DNA of 64,000 nt. Origin: a virus. The stretch is from positions 4,743 to 68,742 of IMG/VR virus record IMGVR_UViG_3300048590_000292; one strand, written 5' to 3'. The notes below the pieces were generated by a model. It made no database searches, was not told where the DNA came from, and was given only the letters and a program-made list of their open reading frames with translations. Made by a program: the position numbers and the translations under genes. Below, one piece after another: positions 26,201-35,181 of this stretch. Each line of letters starts with the position of its first letter. Within the stretch, counting starts at the first letter, position 1.

Positions 26201-27651
26201 ATGCGCTGTTACAATCCCTTGCCACCGGGCAAATAAGCCAACGCCAATTTGATGAGCAGGAACTAAGCAACAGCATTGAGCAAAGCAGCCGCCTTGTCGC
26301 ACTTGAACAGGAACGGGCAAGGCGCATTACTGAAATAGCCGGGCAAATCCGGGATGCCAAAATAGCCGCCGCAAAGGCCGCATTAGACGCCGAATTAAAC
26401 CAGATTGACCGGCAACGCGGTACGGACATACAACAGATAGAGCAGGATGCGACGCTTTCCACTTCGGACGCCGCTGCCCGAATATCCGCAATAAACGAAA
26501 AGGCCGCTGAAGATGCTAAGGCCGCACAAATTGACTACGCCAATACGGTTAAGGATACGACGGCAGACGCTACGGCGGCGCAACTTTCGGCGGTGGATGC
26601 GGTAGGGGCTGCACAGGCCGGGGCGCATGAGGCGGAACTGCAAAGGATAGCAGAGGAAGCGGCGGCGCGGCAACGAATCAAAGACGCCGCATTAGATACC
26701 GCCGGGCAAATCGCAGACGGAATTTTGCAGATTCAACAAAACCGGGCGCAACAGGAAGCCGACGCCGAAATTGCCGCATTGGATGAACAGTATGCAAAGC
26801 GCATCGAAGCCGCACAGGGGAACGCCGCATTACAGGCGAAGTTAGAAAAGGAATTAGCCGAAAAGAAAGAGAAAGTACAAAAAGAGCAAGCCGAAAAAAG
26901 TAAAAAGTTCGCCATTGTGCAGGCCGTAATTGACACGGCACTATCCGTTTTAAAGGCGCTTGGTTCCGCTCCCCCGCCGTTCAACTTCATACTTGCCGGA
27001 CTTGCCGCCGCCGCCGGGGCTGTTCAAATAGCCGTGATTAAATCGCAACAATTTGCAACGGGCGGTTTCTCCGACAACGAAACTCGGCCTACCCAATCAG
27101 CAACACGGCGCAAAGGCAAAACAGCCGTTTACCCGAAAGCATTTTACGACCGACTGCCGGATTTTTCCGGGATCGGCGGGTTTACCGGGGCGGGTGGACA
27201 GACAGACAGCACAGGCAGGCCCGTTGCCGGGAAATTATCGGGATCAGGTGCAGTCGTACACGCGGGCGAATACGTTGCCCCTGCTTCACAGGTTGCACAA
27301 TTTCCGGCGCTGTTTGAACACTTAGACGCGGAACGTACAAAAATTGCCAGGCCTTTCGCTGATGGTGGGTTTACCGGCGCAAATACTGTTAACTTTGTGC
27401 GTATCAAACCCTTTGCCGGGGGCGGTTTCTCCGATCCGGTTATTGGGCTACCAAATGCCGCGCAACTGCAATCACAAAGCATATCGGTATCGGCACAGGC
27501 CACATTCACGAACGACCAGGTGCAGCAAATTGGACAGATTATTGCAGCCGAAAACGCGAAAGTAACCCGGCAGGCATTAGCAGACGGCATAGGAGACGCA
27601 AACAGGCGTTTGGAGCGGGAACAATCACTCGAACAACAACGAACCGTATAA
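23227..27651 (+). CDS. Tail tape measure protein (1474 aa)
   Basis: RFTGNVGNY, IADVAKTAG, Ala-rich coiled coil, TM-like segments, FATGG at the C-terminus. Confidence 0.92.
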   Translation: MAQKVIFELVVQDVGLTARIEQTRQQIRDLNKEIRQNPGPERFAQIAAELSKNRRELTELNKQQKELNREMNALKVPKDSLAGLRLEYSKLSQAVAQLSAEERKSQFGQSLIKNARNVKAEIDGVEQSIGRFTGNVGNYRSALNGIGQAFAALGIGASLGEIIGINTRISDSIADVAKTAGITTAEAQKLADTLEFRDTRTSLVDQLQIAQIGGQLGIANNQLETFTESVDVLNVSLGDQFGGVEEITRVIAGLRNVLTDFRTDDVSGDVLKLGNAINFLEAQGAATAPTIAEFVNRLAGSAVPLGVSTEKIFGLSTALAELSINPERGATAISSLLIEIARAPDVFAKSLGFSKKQTEDFANLVSTDLVGALTLVSQTIAEGGDGTKNFAQTLDELGIGRQGAIEALGKLGGNVELVNTRIRESGEALQATDSVYAEFDKKNNNAAAAVAKLQNSIVNLVASEGSQDAIEAVAKAVTGLVSILGEGLKIISDNSTEFKALGLALLAFTGPGQKLAAVMAEISAITKVTTLGITAQTTATVTQTVATQAQTVATNFLAAAQKALPLLALVAGIYAVTKAIEIYNTNLSAADKATRAVADAQEEIAQSSAKEVAALNASIGVLKDSTASQDERTAAIKRLNEQYPEYLQGIDLEKQSTAQLTIIQRELTNEIVRGAAARAKATAQADVAGRIVAKELELAELRRKQEEGGFSFQDRAFLIRKEEEQLKSLRSELDEVGKQFDQVFALDRPAQSSVLNLVDPKSLKEQTDITKLTIAELEKLGTDAAKAEIARRRKTPGDLSKEEKAAAENRKREKEKAAEDEAKAVEAQQKRIQEINKSIRDLQLGDENTFDGKLEALENRRIDALQRNADRLEVLRAKVSQQKGKPVTGETGAALIGQIPNALPADITEAELIDVETAAIGGAFDDQRNELFRQRDRTQKEQEEQLRSMLDDVNRIAADNEAAIAESVGRDIEQSFADRRESLEREFQDRNNALLQSLATGQISQRQFDEQELSNSIEQSSRLVALEQERARRITEIAGQIRDAKIAAAKAALDAELNQIDRQRGTDIQQIEQDATLSTSDAAARISAINEKAAEDAKAAQIDYANTVKDTTADATAAQLSAVDAVGAAQAGAHEAELQRIAEEAAARQRIKDAALDTAGQIADGILQIQQNRAQQEADAEIAALDEQYAKRIEAAQGNAALQAKLEKELAEKKEKVQKEQAEKSKKFAIVQAVIDTALSVLKALGSAPPPFNFILAGLAAAAGAVQIAVIKSQQFATGGFSDNETRPTQSATRRKGKTAVYPKAFYDRLPDFSGIGGFTGAGGQTDSTGRPVAGKLSGSGAVVHAGEYVAPASQVAQFPALFEHLDAERTKIARPFADGGFTGANTVNFVRIKPFAGGGFSDPVIGLPNAAQLQSQSISVSAQATFTNDQVQQIGQIIAAENAKVTRQALADGIGDANRRLEREQSLEQQRTV

Positions 27652-27652
27652 A

Positions 27653-29311
27653 ATGGCAATTACACTCGCATCATCTCCGACCACATCGCAACCTATCCCG
27701 ATTTCAGACTGCCTACGATGGGTATTTGAGCCGGATAGCGCCGACGTGATAACAACGCCGGGCGTCATTGCCCAAATAGTGGTGACGTTTCCCGGATCAC
27801 CGACAGACCCCGGCAACGGTACGGAGTTCGTGATGTGGGGGTACACGTTCACAACGCAAAGCGGTTCGGATTTCACGGCAACCTCTTTCGATGTTGTAGT
27901 CGGCAATAAGTTGTCAACAATGAACAACTTTGCCGGGATGGTTGCAAGTAACTTCTTTTTTGCCCGCGCCGTTTCGGTTGAGGTCGGGGTAAGTACGGTG
28001 ACATTGACCTGGAATGAATGCGGAGAGCAGGAAAATTTCGGCGCAACGCAAATGTTTTTCGATAACATTGAAGGTAGTGCGATAACGTCGGCGGTGGCCA
28101 CAAATGGCACGACGCCTGTCTACGTGGACGGTTATCGCATCTCATACCGTTTGCGCAGGACTGACGTAAACGACGAGGGTAATAGCGGGTATGTGACGAA
28201 CTTTGAAGGCATGGAGCCTAACAAGGGCTGTACAACTGTTGACGACGCCGCGTTTGACGCAATGCCGACCGTTCGCCGGTTGCTGAAAACACCAATACCC
28301 GATCTTGACCTTACACACCCGACGGTAGAATACGACGGCATTATCCAATATTTCAGCCTGATATACGGGTGGATTTACCGGGATGGAAACTGCCAAAGCC
28401 AAAGCGGATTGTTTGAGTTTACCGGGCGCTCGTTTATTTGGAACGCCTACTTTCAGGCCAAAGACGTGTACCGGACGCGAAAGTATTGGCCGGGAGCAAG
28501 CGGCGGGCTACCGCCGGGGCAATCATACGTGAAATTCCTAACCACTTCGCCCGACAAAATGCGGGTGTTTGTGGATTCAAAGTGTTGGCTTTGGTACATG
28601 GTCAACGGGGCGATACAATCCTGGACAAACTTACGCCTGAATATTGCCGCAACGAAAAAAGATGGTAGCGGTACACTTACAAGTGTTGTCGTTTCGGATA
28701 GCGGGTACGGTATCAATGCCGTGAACGTTTCCCCGGATTACATTATCTCGCTTGGTATGTCGGGCGTGACGGCTGACACGTTGAGCCATTACACGGTTAA
28801 GATAATGACCCAAAATAGTGGCAGTGAGTTCGATGTGACGCAAATAACAGAGGACAAGACGTTCTACGTTATGACCGCCTGCGATACGGACAAGTTTACC
28901 GATCTTTATTTCCTTACCCCGATTGGCGGCATAGGCACTATCCCGGTTCAAATAATCGAGAGCAACGTTAACCAGGCAGGCGACGAAATACTTTTAGACG
29001 TACCTTGCACAGCAAGCCGGGAAGATAAGGCCCGGTATGGTGGCCGGACGCTTTCAAATATACGTTCTTACGAATCATTCACTTTCCGATCAATTGACAA
29101 CGGCAACGTGACAGAGTTTTTCCGCGACCTGAAATTAAGCCCGCAACGGTGGGTGAAAATGGATGCGGAGGACGGTTCTGTGGTTGCCCGAAAATTAATC
29201 ATTGAACCGGGCGGGGTGAAAATATATGAGGATGGCCCGATTGTTACCGTAGAGGTAACCGGGTATTTGGGCGACATTATTATTCAATCTGGAACAGAAC
29301 CGGAAATATGA
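27653..29311 (+). CDS. Tail tip protein (distal tail-like)
   Basis: Directly after tape measure; beta-rich; LYFLTPIGG and SPQRW motifs. Confidence 0.6.
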   Translation: MAITLASSPTTSQPIPISDCLRWVFEPDSADVITTPGVIAQIVVTFPGSPTDPGNGTEFVMWGYTFTTQSGSDFTATSFDVVVGNKLSTMNNFAGMVASNFFFARAVSVEVGVSTVTLTWNECGEQENFGATQMFFDNIEGSAITSAVATNGTTPVYVDGYRISYRLRRTDVNDEGNSGYVTNFEGMEPNKGCTTVDDAAFDAMPTVRRLLKTPIPDLDLTHPTVEYDGIIQYFSLIYGWIYRDGNCQSQSGLFEFTGRSFIWNAYFQAKDVYRTRKYWPGASGGLPPGQSYVKFLTTSPDKMRVFVDSKCWLWYMVNGAIQSWTNLRLNIAATKKDGSGTLTSVVVSDSGYGINAVNVSPDYIISLGMSGVTADTLSHYTVKIMTQNSGSEFDVTQITEDKTFYVMTACDTDKFTDLYFLTPIGGIGTIPVQIIESNVNQAGDEILLDVPCTASREDKARYGGRTLSNIRSYESFTFRSIDNGNVTEFFRDLKLSPQRWVKMDAEDGSVVARKLIIEPGGVKIYEDGPIVTVEVTGYLGDIIIQSGTEPEI

Positions 29312-29682
29312 AAAAGCACGACTTTTTAAAAGCATTACTGGCATCGCTCGCTGTTGTTTGGGTTTTATTCGGCAACTGCAAAAAAGAAACGCCCGACCCG
29401 ATCATTGGATCATGGAAAGTTGCCGCGCCGTTTATTCAACAGCCTGGGTACTGGTTTTACGAGGATGGTATGATGTGCCGGTATGAAGATCGGTGTTTGC
29501 CGGATAGCGTTGATTGCACCTACACGTACACAAAACACGACAACACGCTACACATTTCCGGCTATGCCGACATTGTGACATGGGAAATAGAGTGGATCAG
29601 TGACGACTTTATCCGGGTACGGGTTCCGCAAACCGAACACCTCACCAATATCATTTTTCTGGAGCGCGACACATGGGAATAG
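29308..29682 (+). CDS. Lipoprotein, lipocalin-like
   Basis: Signal with FGN|C then KKE; IIGSWKV (GxW) motif. Confidence 0.65.
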   Translation: MKKHDFLKALLASLAVVWVLFGNCKKETPDPIIGSWKVAAPFIQQPGYWFYEDGMMCRYEDRCLPDSVDCTYTYTKHDNTLHISGYADIVTWEIEWISDDFIRVRVPQTEHLTNIIFLERDTWE

Positions 29683-32369
29683 TTACCCGCATACTTGTCC
29701 GCAATCTGTCGGAAGCAACGTCGGTTCGATTGAACGGCGCAACGGAAGCCTACATGGATACGCCCGAAGGTTTCCGCATTCCTATGTCGAAGGACGTTGA
29801 AAAGTTGTCCAACACGAACAAGATAAAGGTTGAGGGAGCATTGCGAACGTCTGTTGACCAAACGGAGGTCAATAACGCAATATTGGTAGACTTCTTTACC
29901 CCGTTGACTGTTGACAACCGGCGCAAATGGTTGGACGTATTGGTTACGGTGGATGAAGTGCCGGCACAATTTACGCGGATGTATGTTTCGGAAAAGAACG
30001 ATGACAGTGGCACATGGTCGGTTGAGTTCGCTTTACCCGCCGATCATTGGGTGGAACTGGCATCTCAAAAAAACCTGAATACAATTGATTTCGGGTCTTA
30101 CTTCCTGACTAAAGACAATGTGATTAGCACGTGGGCCGCGCCGAAATATGACGGCGATTACACGCCAACGGTTGAGGATGGTACGGGGTGGAACGGCGCG
30201 TATTGGTGGCCTGTTGTGGATTTCGGCAATTGGGTAGATCAACTCATTCCAGCGCAGAACACAACCGCGCCGGTTAAAATGTTGGCCGTTGAAGATTTGC
30301 GCCCGTTCGTTAATTTCGTCTACCTGTTGAAACGTGGTTTTTGTGAAATAGGCTGGACATTGGGCGGGCTTATCCTGCAAACAGAATGGGCGCTACGCCT
30401 ATGGGTATACCTGCTCAAAGAGCAGTATTACGACGGGTCAAATGAGTATGGGGCCGGGTATGAATACGGGCGCAATGGCCGGGTAATAGGTCGCCTGTTG
30501 GATGCAGACGAAGTATTGAACACAGTTAACGAGCCAATCACGTTTGACACTGTTGAATTTTCGTTAGGCACCAATGCACTGCAATACCAGGCGGGGCCGA
30601 AATGGTTGGCCGGTATCCAAAACAACTACCCATTTTCGGCAAAGTTTCATTTTCAGTTTCAATTCCACCTCGAAAACGGACACGCTGACGCTACAAAGGT
30701 GGGGTTTGTTATTGCAGAGGTAACCGGATCGGATAACGACGACTTTACCGGCCTGTTCTTTTCTACCCCGGTTGAGTTTGATATAGGAGCCGGAACGACC
30801 GACTTTATTTCTTTTGAGGAAACAATAATTTTGGAGCCGGGGCAAAAGGGGTTTTTGCGGCATCTATTCGGAATCGAATCTGGCGACATTATCAAAAAGG
30901 GGTTTTCCTGCCGTATTGAATCGGCAAACGAATCTTTGAGCCGCTTTGACTTTGTGGATGTTCGCACAATTATGCGTGACGATTTCAATTTGCTGGACGC
31001 GCTAAAGTCGTTTGTTCAACTCATTAACGGGCGAATTGAAACCGACTACGGAACAAAAACAATAAACGTTTACCCAGAACGTACATCGGAGGTTTACACG
31101 GAACGTGTAGCCGGGTTTATTCAGGATGAAGAAAATTCCGAAGATGTAAGCCCGTACATTTTGCCAGGCAGCATAAAGTTGAAGTTCATACGGCCTGACC
31201 TGAAACGGTACACCCGCCTTTCCTTTGCGGACGCCTCGGACGCCTACATTGATAGCCTGAATTTGCTGGAGCCGCTACACAGCCGGAAAATAAATAACGG
31301 CGATGATTTGCCTAACGAAACCGACGAACAACAAAACCCGATATTTGAACCGACCGCAGAGGGGCAACCCGTAGACCTGAAAAAGGCCGGACGCAGCCCG
31401 TCGCCGTATTTGCCCCGCCTTTGGGACAACACCGAATTGCAACGCTCCTTTGCCATTGGCCCGCGCATTGTGTACGCCTTTGGCAGCGTTAGCCAGGTAA
31501 ATGAAACGCCTGTCGGGTCGTTCGACACAATGGCAGAACTATATTTAGACGGATATGAGGAAGCCGACCGCATTGACGCATTTGGGTACGCTACACAGTT
31601 ACCGACATGGGAAATAGACCCGACGCCTACCATTAACGGCAGCGTGGTTTTTGGCCGGACGGCGTTCGACTTGTTCGCTAATTTCTACCTGGGACTTACT
31701 AATGACAACCGGGGCGGTGTTGACGTTGACCTACTGCAGCGCGTTTCAATGGCGCAATATAATCAGTACAACTTTCGCCGGTTGTTCAACTTCACGTATG
31801 AGGGCCGGACAATACGCATACCAATGACGGCAATCCGGGACTTTTCGCCCGACATACCTACTCCGGTTAAGTATTTCGGTTCACCTGTTGAGACCGGGTG
31901 CTGTGATTTGCCGTGTTCGTGCCGGTTCACCGAATGCGACTACTACCAGGATTTTGGCGTGTTCATGCGGCAAACAACGCTCGACGGACTTAATATTTCG
32001 TCTTTTAAGGTTGACAACGTGGAACAATTGACCGCGCCGGTTGAGTTCGGGCAATTGAATATAATCAGCATTGGAGGGAAGCAGTACGTTACCAACTTGG
32101 TAGACACGCTCAACGCAATCGGCGTGCCGTACTTCTTTTTCGACTACTCTACCCGCGCACACGCGGCAAAGGGGTTACGGTTTTTCAAAATCAAACGTCC
32201 GGCCTGCCAGACTTTCGAGATCATTATTTCCGACGTTGGCGACGAGGTGTACCGCTACACAGAATCGGCGCAGCAAGAACAATGGTTTGCCGGGTCATGG
32301 GGCGCAATCGGGTACGCGCCGGAAACATTTACCGCGCCGGATAATTGTGTAACAACCGTTGAATATTGA
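29673..32369 (+). CDS. Tail tip/hub protein (898 aa)
   Basis: Large beta-rich late protein; WPVVDFG and LRPFV motifs; Cys-rich C-terminal domain. Confidence 0.6.
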   Translation: MGIVTRILVRNLSEATSVRLNGATEAYMDTPEGFRIPMSKDVEKLSNTNKIKVEGALRTSVDQTEVNNAILVDFFTPLTVDNRRKWLDVLVTVDEVPAQFTRMYVSEKNDDSGTWSVEFALPADHWVELASQKNLNTIDFGSYFLTKDNVISTWAAPKYDGDYTPTVEDGTGWNGAYWWPVVDFGNWVDQLIPAQNTTAPVKMLAVEDLRPFVNFVYLLKRGFCEIGWTLGGLILQTEWALRLWVYLLKEQYYDGSNEYGAGYEYGRNGRVIGRLLDADEVLNTVNEPITFDTVEFSLGTNALQYQAGPKWLAGIQNNYPFSAKFHFQFQFHLENGHADATKVGFVIAEVTGSDNDDFTGLFFSTPVEFDIGAGTTDFISFEETIILEPGQKGFLRHLFGIESGDIIKKGFSCRIESANESLSRFDFVDVRTIMRDDFNLLDALKSFVQLINGRIETDYGTKTINVYPERTSEVYTERVAGFIQDEENSEDVSPYILPGSIKLKFIRPDLKRYTRLSFADASDAYIDSLNLLEPLHSRKINNGDDLPNETDEQQNPIFEPTAEGQPVDLKKAGRSPSPYLPRLWDNTELQRSFAIGPRIVYAFGSVSQVNETPVGSFDTMAELYLDGYEEADRIDAFGYATQLPTWEIDPTPTINGSVVFGRTAFDLFANFYLGLTNDNRGGVDVDLLQRVSMAQYNQYNFRRLFNFTYEGRTIRIPMTAIRDFSPDIPTPVKYFGSPVETGCCDLPCSCRFTECDYYQDFGVFMRQTTLDGLNISSFKVDNVEQLTAPVEFGQLNIISIGGKQYVTNLVDTLNAIGVPYFFFDYSTRAHAAKGLRFFKIKRPACQTFEIIISDVGDEVYRYTESAQQEQWFAGSWGAIGYAPETFTAPDNCVTTVEY

Positions 32370-32370
32370 T

Positions 32371-32661
32371 ATGAAATACGCCTTTTTGATATTGATAACC
32401 CTATTTATTGCCTGTACTAAGCAGGAGCCGCCCAACACAATGACGGGCATTTGGCACCGTGACAACGGCGCTACCTATTCCTTTTTTGAGGATAGCCGGT
32501 TTCAACAATCGGACAAGCCCGGCGCTCAATGGATTTGGATAAAGAAGGGAAACCAGGTGTATTTATACGGCAACCCGGATCGGTTTTGGACTGTTGACTT
32601 TTTGGGCCGTGACGAGGTTACCGTGATCGAAGATGAAAAATTCACAATTACGCGCAAATGA
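32371..32661 (+). CDS. Lipoprotein, lipocalin-like
   Basis: MKYAFLILITLFIA|C; TGIW (GxW) motif. Confidence 0.65.
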   Translation: MKYAFLILITLFIACTKQEPPNTMTGIWHRDNGATYSFFEDSRFQQSDKPGAQWIWIKKGNQVYLYGNPDRFWTVDFLGRDEVTVIEDEKFTITRK

Positions 32662-33275
32662 CTGATGCCAAACCCCGCGAATGGCTGAAACGGCAATACG
32701 CCGCACGGCCTGAATACGAACAATGGCAGCCAACGCCGTTGCCAGAATCATTCGCCGCGTTGATAGAAAAACGAAAGGTGAGAAAGTGGGATGATTTCGA
32801 CGAACGTACCAAGGGCGTTTACCGGCACATTGCCAGCCTGTTTCCTTCTTCGCCTGTTTACGCCTGCGGTAGCCGCGTCCGGGGCGATCTGGTGGAATAC
32901 TTGGATAGTGATGAGGTACGAAAATGGCGGGCAATGATCGGGAAAACGGATAAGGATGTTTCCGATTATGACTTTTGGACAACGCCGGACGCCGAACAAA
33001 TAGAGGAAATGCCGCGCTACGCTGACCGTATCCGGCACGGCATACCAGACGACGAAAAAATACTGATACCTATGCCTGAATGGGATTTTTCAAAACTGCC
33101 GGGAAGTGAACATGCCCGCGTTATTGACCTATACAACCGGGGCCGGTGGGTTGAACTTGCAAACATCCACGATCAATATAACCTATCCCCGTACTCATAC
33201 TGCTGCGATTTGTCTGGTCTGAAAGTCTGGTACAAATTTGGCATACAACAGGGGAAAATTAAAGCGAATGGATGA
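32658..33275 (+). CDS. Pol-beta superfamily nucleotidyltransferase-domain protein
   Basis: VYACGSRVRGD...SDYDF (GS...DxD). Confidence 0.6.
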   Translation: MTDAKPREWLKRQYAARPEYEQWQPTPLPESFAALIEKRKVRKWDDFDERTKGVYRHIASLFPSSPVYACGSRVRGDLVEYLDSDEVRKWRAMIGKTDKDVSDYDFWTTPDAEQIEEMPRYADRIRHGIPDDEKILIPMPEWDFSKLPGSEHARVIDLYNRGRWVELANIHDQYNLSPYSYCCDLSGLKVWYKFGIQQGKIKANG

Positions 33276-33564
33276 ACAACTGACGCCGGAATTTAAGAAG
33301 GCAGCCGTCGAGGTTGCCCGACTGTTTGACCTTGCCGACGTTGATCGGTGGGAAGATTTGCCGGACGGTGTACGGGGTTTTATTTCCGTTGTGGAGTACC
33401 GCGTTTTGGTTAAGCCGCTCGTTTACCGGGATCGTTGTAATCTGTCATGGCCGCAACTTTCGATTAAATACGGGCTGACCGTGCAGGAAGTACGGACAAT
33501 CTGCAAAAAGGCATACTACCGGGCTAATATAAAAGTGATTGAAAAAAAGCCTGTTAACGTCTAA
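33268..33564 (+). CDS. Mor-like HTH transcription regulator
   Basis: C-terminal WPQLSIKYGLTVQEVRTIC helix-turn-helix. Confidence 0.5.
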   Translation: MDEQLTPEFKKAAVEVARLFDLADVDRWEDLPDGVRGFISVVEYRVLVKPLVYRDRCNLSWPQLSIKYGLTVQEVRTICKKAYYRANIKVIEKKPVNV

Positions 33565-33630
33565 CAGGGAAAACGCCTACCAACCCTCAACCCGCCCCGC
33601 TTTGGCCTTTACTTTGTACCGTCTTAGAAA

Positions 33631-34608
33631 ATGGTACAAGCATCCGAGCAAATAGCAGAAACGACGCTCACTGTTGAACGTCAACCGCGCCGCAATCCGG
33701 CGATTGAAGCAGTTTTGGCAAACGGCCAACTTGCTATCGAATACGGGTTCGGTATGCAATGCCTGAATCAGTACCTTACCGACCTTTCCCTACTCGCTCA
33801 CGGGGCAACTTACAAAGACCTGGGTATCGAACAACGCCGCCGGGAATCTGATCCGTACCTGTTGCAATTGCAAGGCGCTGGCAAATATACCCTTGTTCGG
33901 GATCGTGGTTTGATCTACAATACCTCCATTACCCCCGTCAATTCTTTTGCCGTTATCCCGATCAAAGGTTTCATGCAAACCGAAGGTTCGGGCGGTTCGG
34001 GCGCTGTTCGCGGAATGCGAAGCGTTGCGGATGACCTTCGCGCTGCCTACCAAAACCCGAATATTTCCGGGGTGTTGATGGATATTAACAGCGGCGGCGG
34101 CGAAGTCATGGCAATGGAGGTACTACTTGACGCGCTTTCCGTTCGGAATAAGCCCGTCCTTTCGCACGTAATTTTTGCAGCAAGCGCCGCTTACGGCACA
34201 GCCGCCGGAACTGACGAGGTTATCGCAATTTCCGAAGCGGCCCGAACGGGTAGCGTTGGCGCTGTAGTTTCGATCAACAAAATGGCATTGCAGGAATACA
34301 CCGACGTTTACCTGGATGTGTACGGTAAAAATGCCCCGAACAAAAACAAAGAGTTTCGGGCTATGCAGAACGGCGATTTTGGCCCGCTACAATCGGTAGT
34401 CGACGAGGCTACGGATATGTTTCAATCGAAAGTAAAGGCGCTTCGCCCGTTACGCGGGAACGAGGCAAAAATAAATGATACCGTTTCGGGTGAAGTGTTC
34501 ACCGGGCCGGAAGCCCGCCGCCGTGGATTGATCGACGGTATTGGCGGCATGGAATACGCAATCAAACGGCTGGAAGCGTGGACAAAAAACCCGCGCTACC
34601 GGGCATAA
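33631..34608 (+). CDS. S49 family prohead maturation protease
   Basis: DINSGGG, AASAAY, GSVG, GLIDGIG motifs. Confidence 0.88.
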   Translation: MVQASEQIAETTLTVERQPRRNPAIEAVLANGQLAIEYGFGMQCLNQYLTDLSLLAHGATYKDLGIEQRRRESDPYLLQLQGAGKYTLVRDRGLIYNTSITPVNSFAVIPIKGFMQTEGSGGSGAVRGMRSVADDLRAAYQNPNISGVLMDINSGGGEVMAMEVLLDALSVRNKPVLSHVIFAASAAYGTAAGTDEVIAISEAARTGSVGAVVSINKMALQEYTDVYLDVYGKNAPNKNKEFRAMQNGDFGPLQSVVDEATDMFQSKVKALRPLRGNEAKINDTVSGEVFTGPEARRRGLIDGIGGMEYAIKRLEAWTKNPRYRA

Positions 34609-34621
34609 ATCTTTCTAAATT

Positions 34622-35125
34622 ATGTGGAACGCAAATAACAGCAATTTCTACGCTCAAATCATGGATTCGCTTGCCGGGTTTTTCGGCCTCAAAGCAGAGG
34701 ACACCACCGAAGCGGAACTACACCAAAAGTTGACCGAAGCGAAAACGCAAGTTGAACTTGCCGAATCCGCCAAAACCGAAGGGCTTGCCGCCGCTGCAAA
34801 AGAAGTCGAAGGACTGAAAGCAGACGTTGCCCGCCTGACTGCCGAATTGACCGCCGCTACCGAAACGGCAACCAACGCAACCGCTGAAGTGGAAACGCTG
34901 AAAGCGGATGCCGTCAAACTGGAATCTGACCTGACCGCTGCCAACAGCGCCCTTGCAACGAAAGTGAAAGAGGCCAACACGCTCGCAGGTGAAGTTGCCC
35001 GGCTGACCGCAGGAAAGCCGCCCAAGGGCGTTGAAACCGATGACGCTGACCCGCAACTATCGAACGTGCCTGCCGGAAACGGTCAAATGGTGAAGGTGAA
35101 AGCCTTTGACGAAATTTTGAACTAA
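34622..35125 (+). CDS. Capsid scaffolding protein
   Basis: Ala/Glu/Thr coiled coil between protease and capsid. Confidence 0.65.
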   Translation: MWNANNSNFYAQIMDSLAGFFGLKAEDTTEAELHQKLTEAKTQVELAESAKTEGLAAAAKEVEGLKADVARLTAELTAATETATNATAEVETLKADAVKLESDLTAANSALATKVKEANTLAGEVARLTAGKPPKGVETDDADPQLSNVPAGNGQMVKVKAFDEILN

Positions 35126-35181
35126 TGCCTTTTTGCTGAAAGACTGGGAGCAACATCTTTCAACACAAAAAAGGAAAAATA

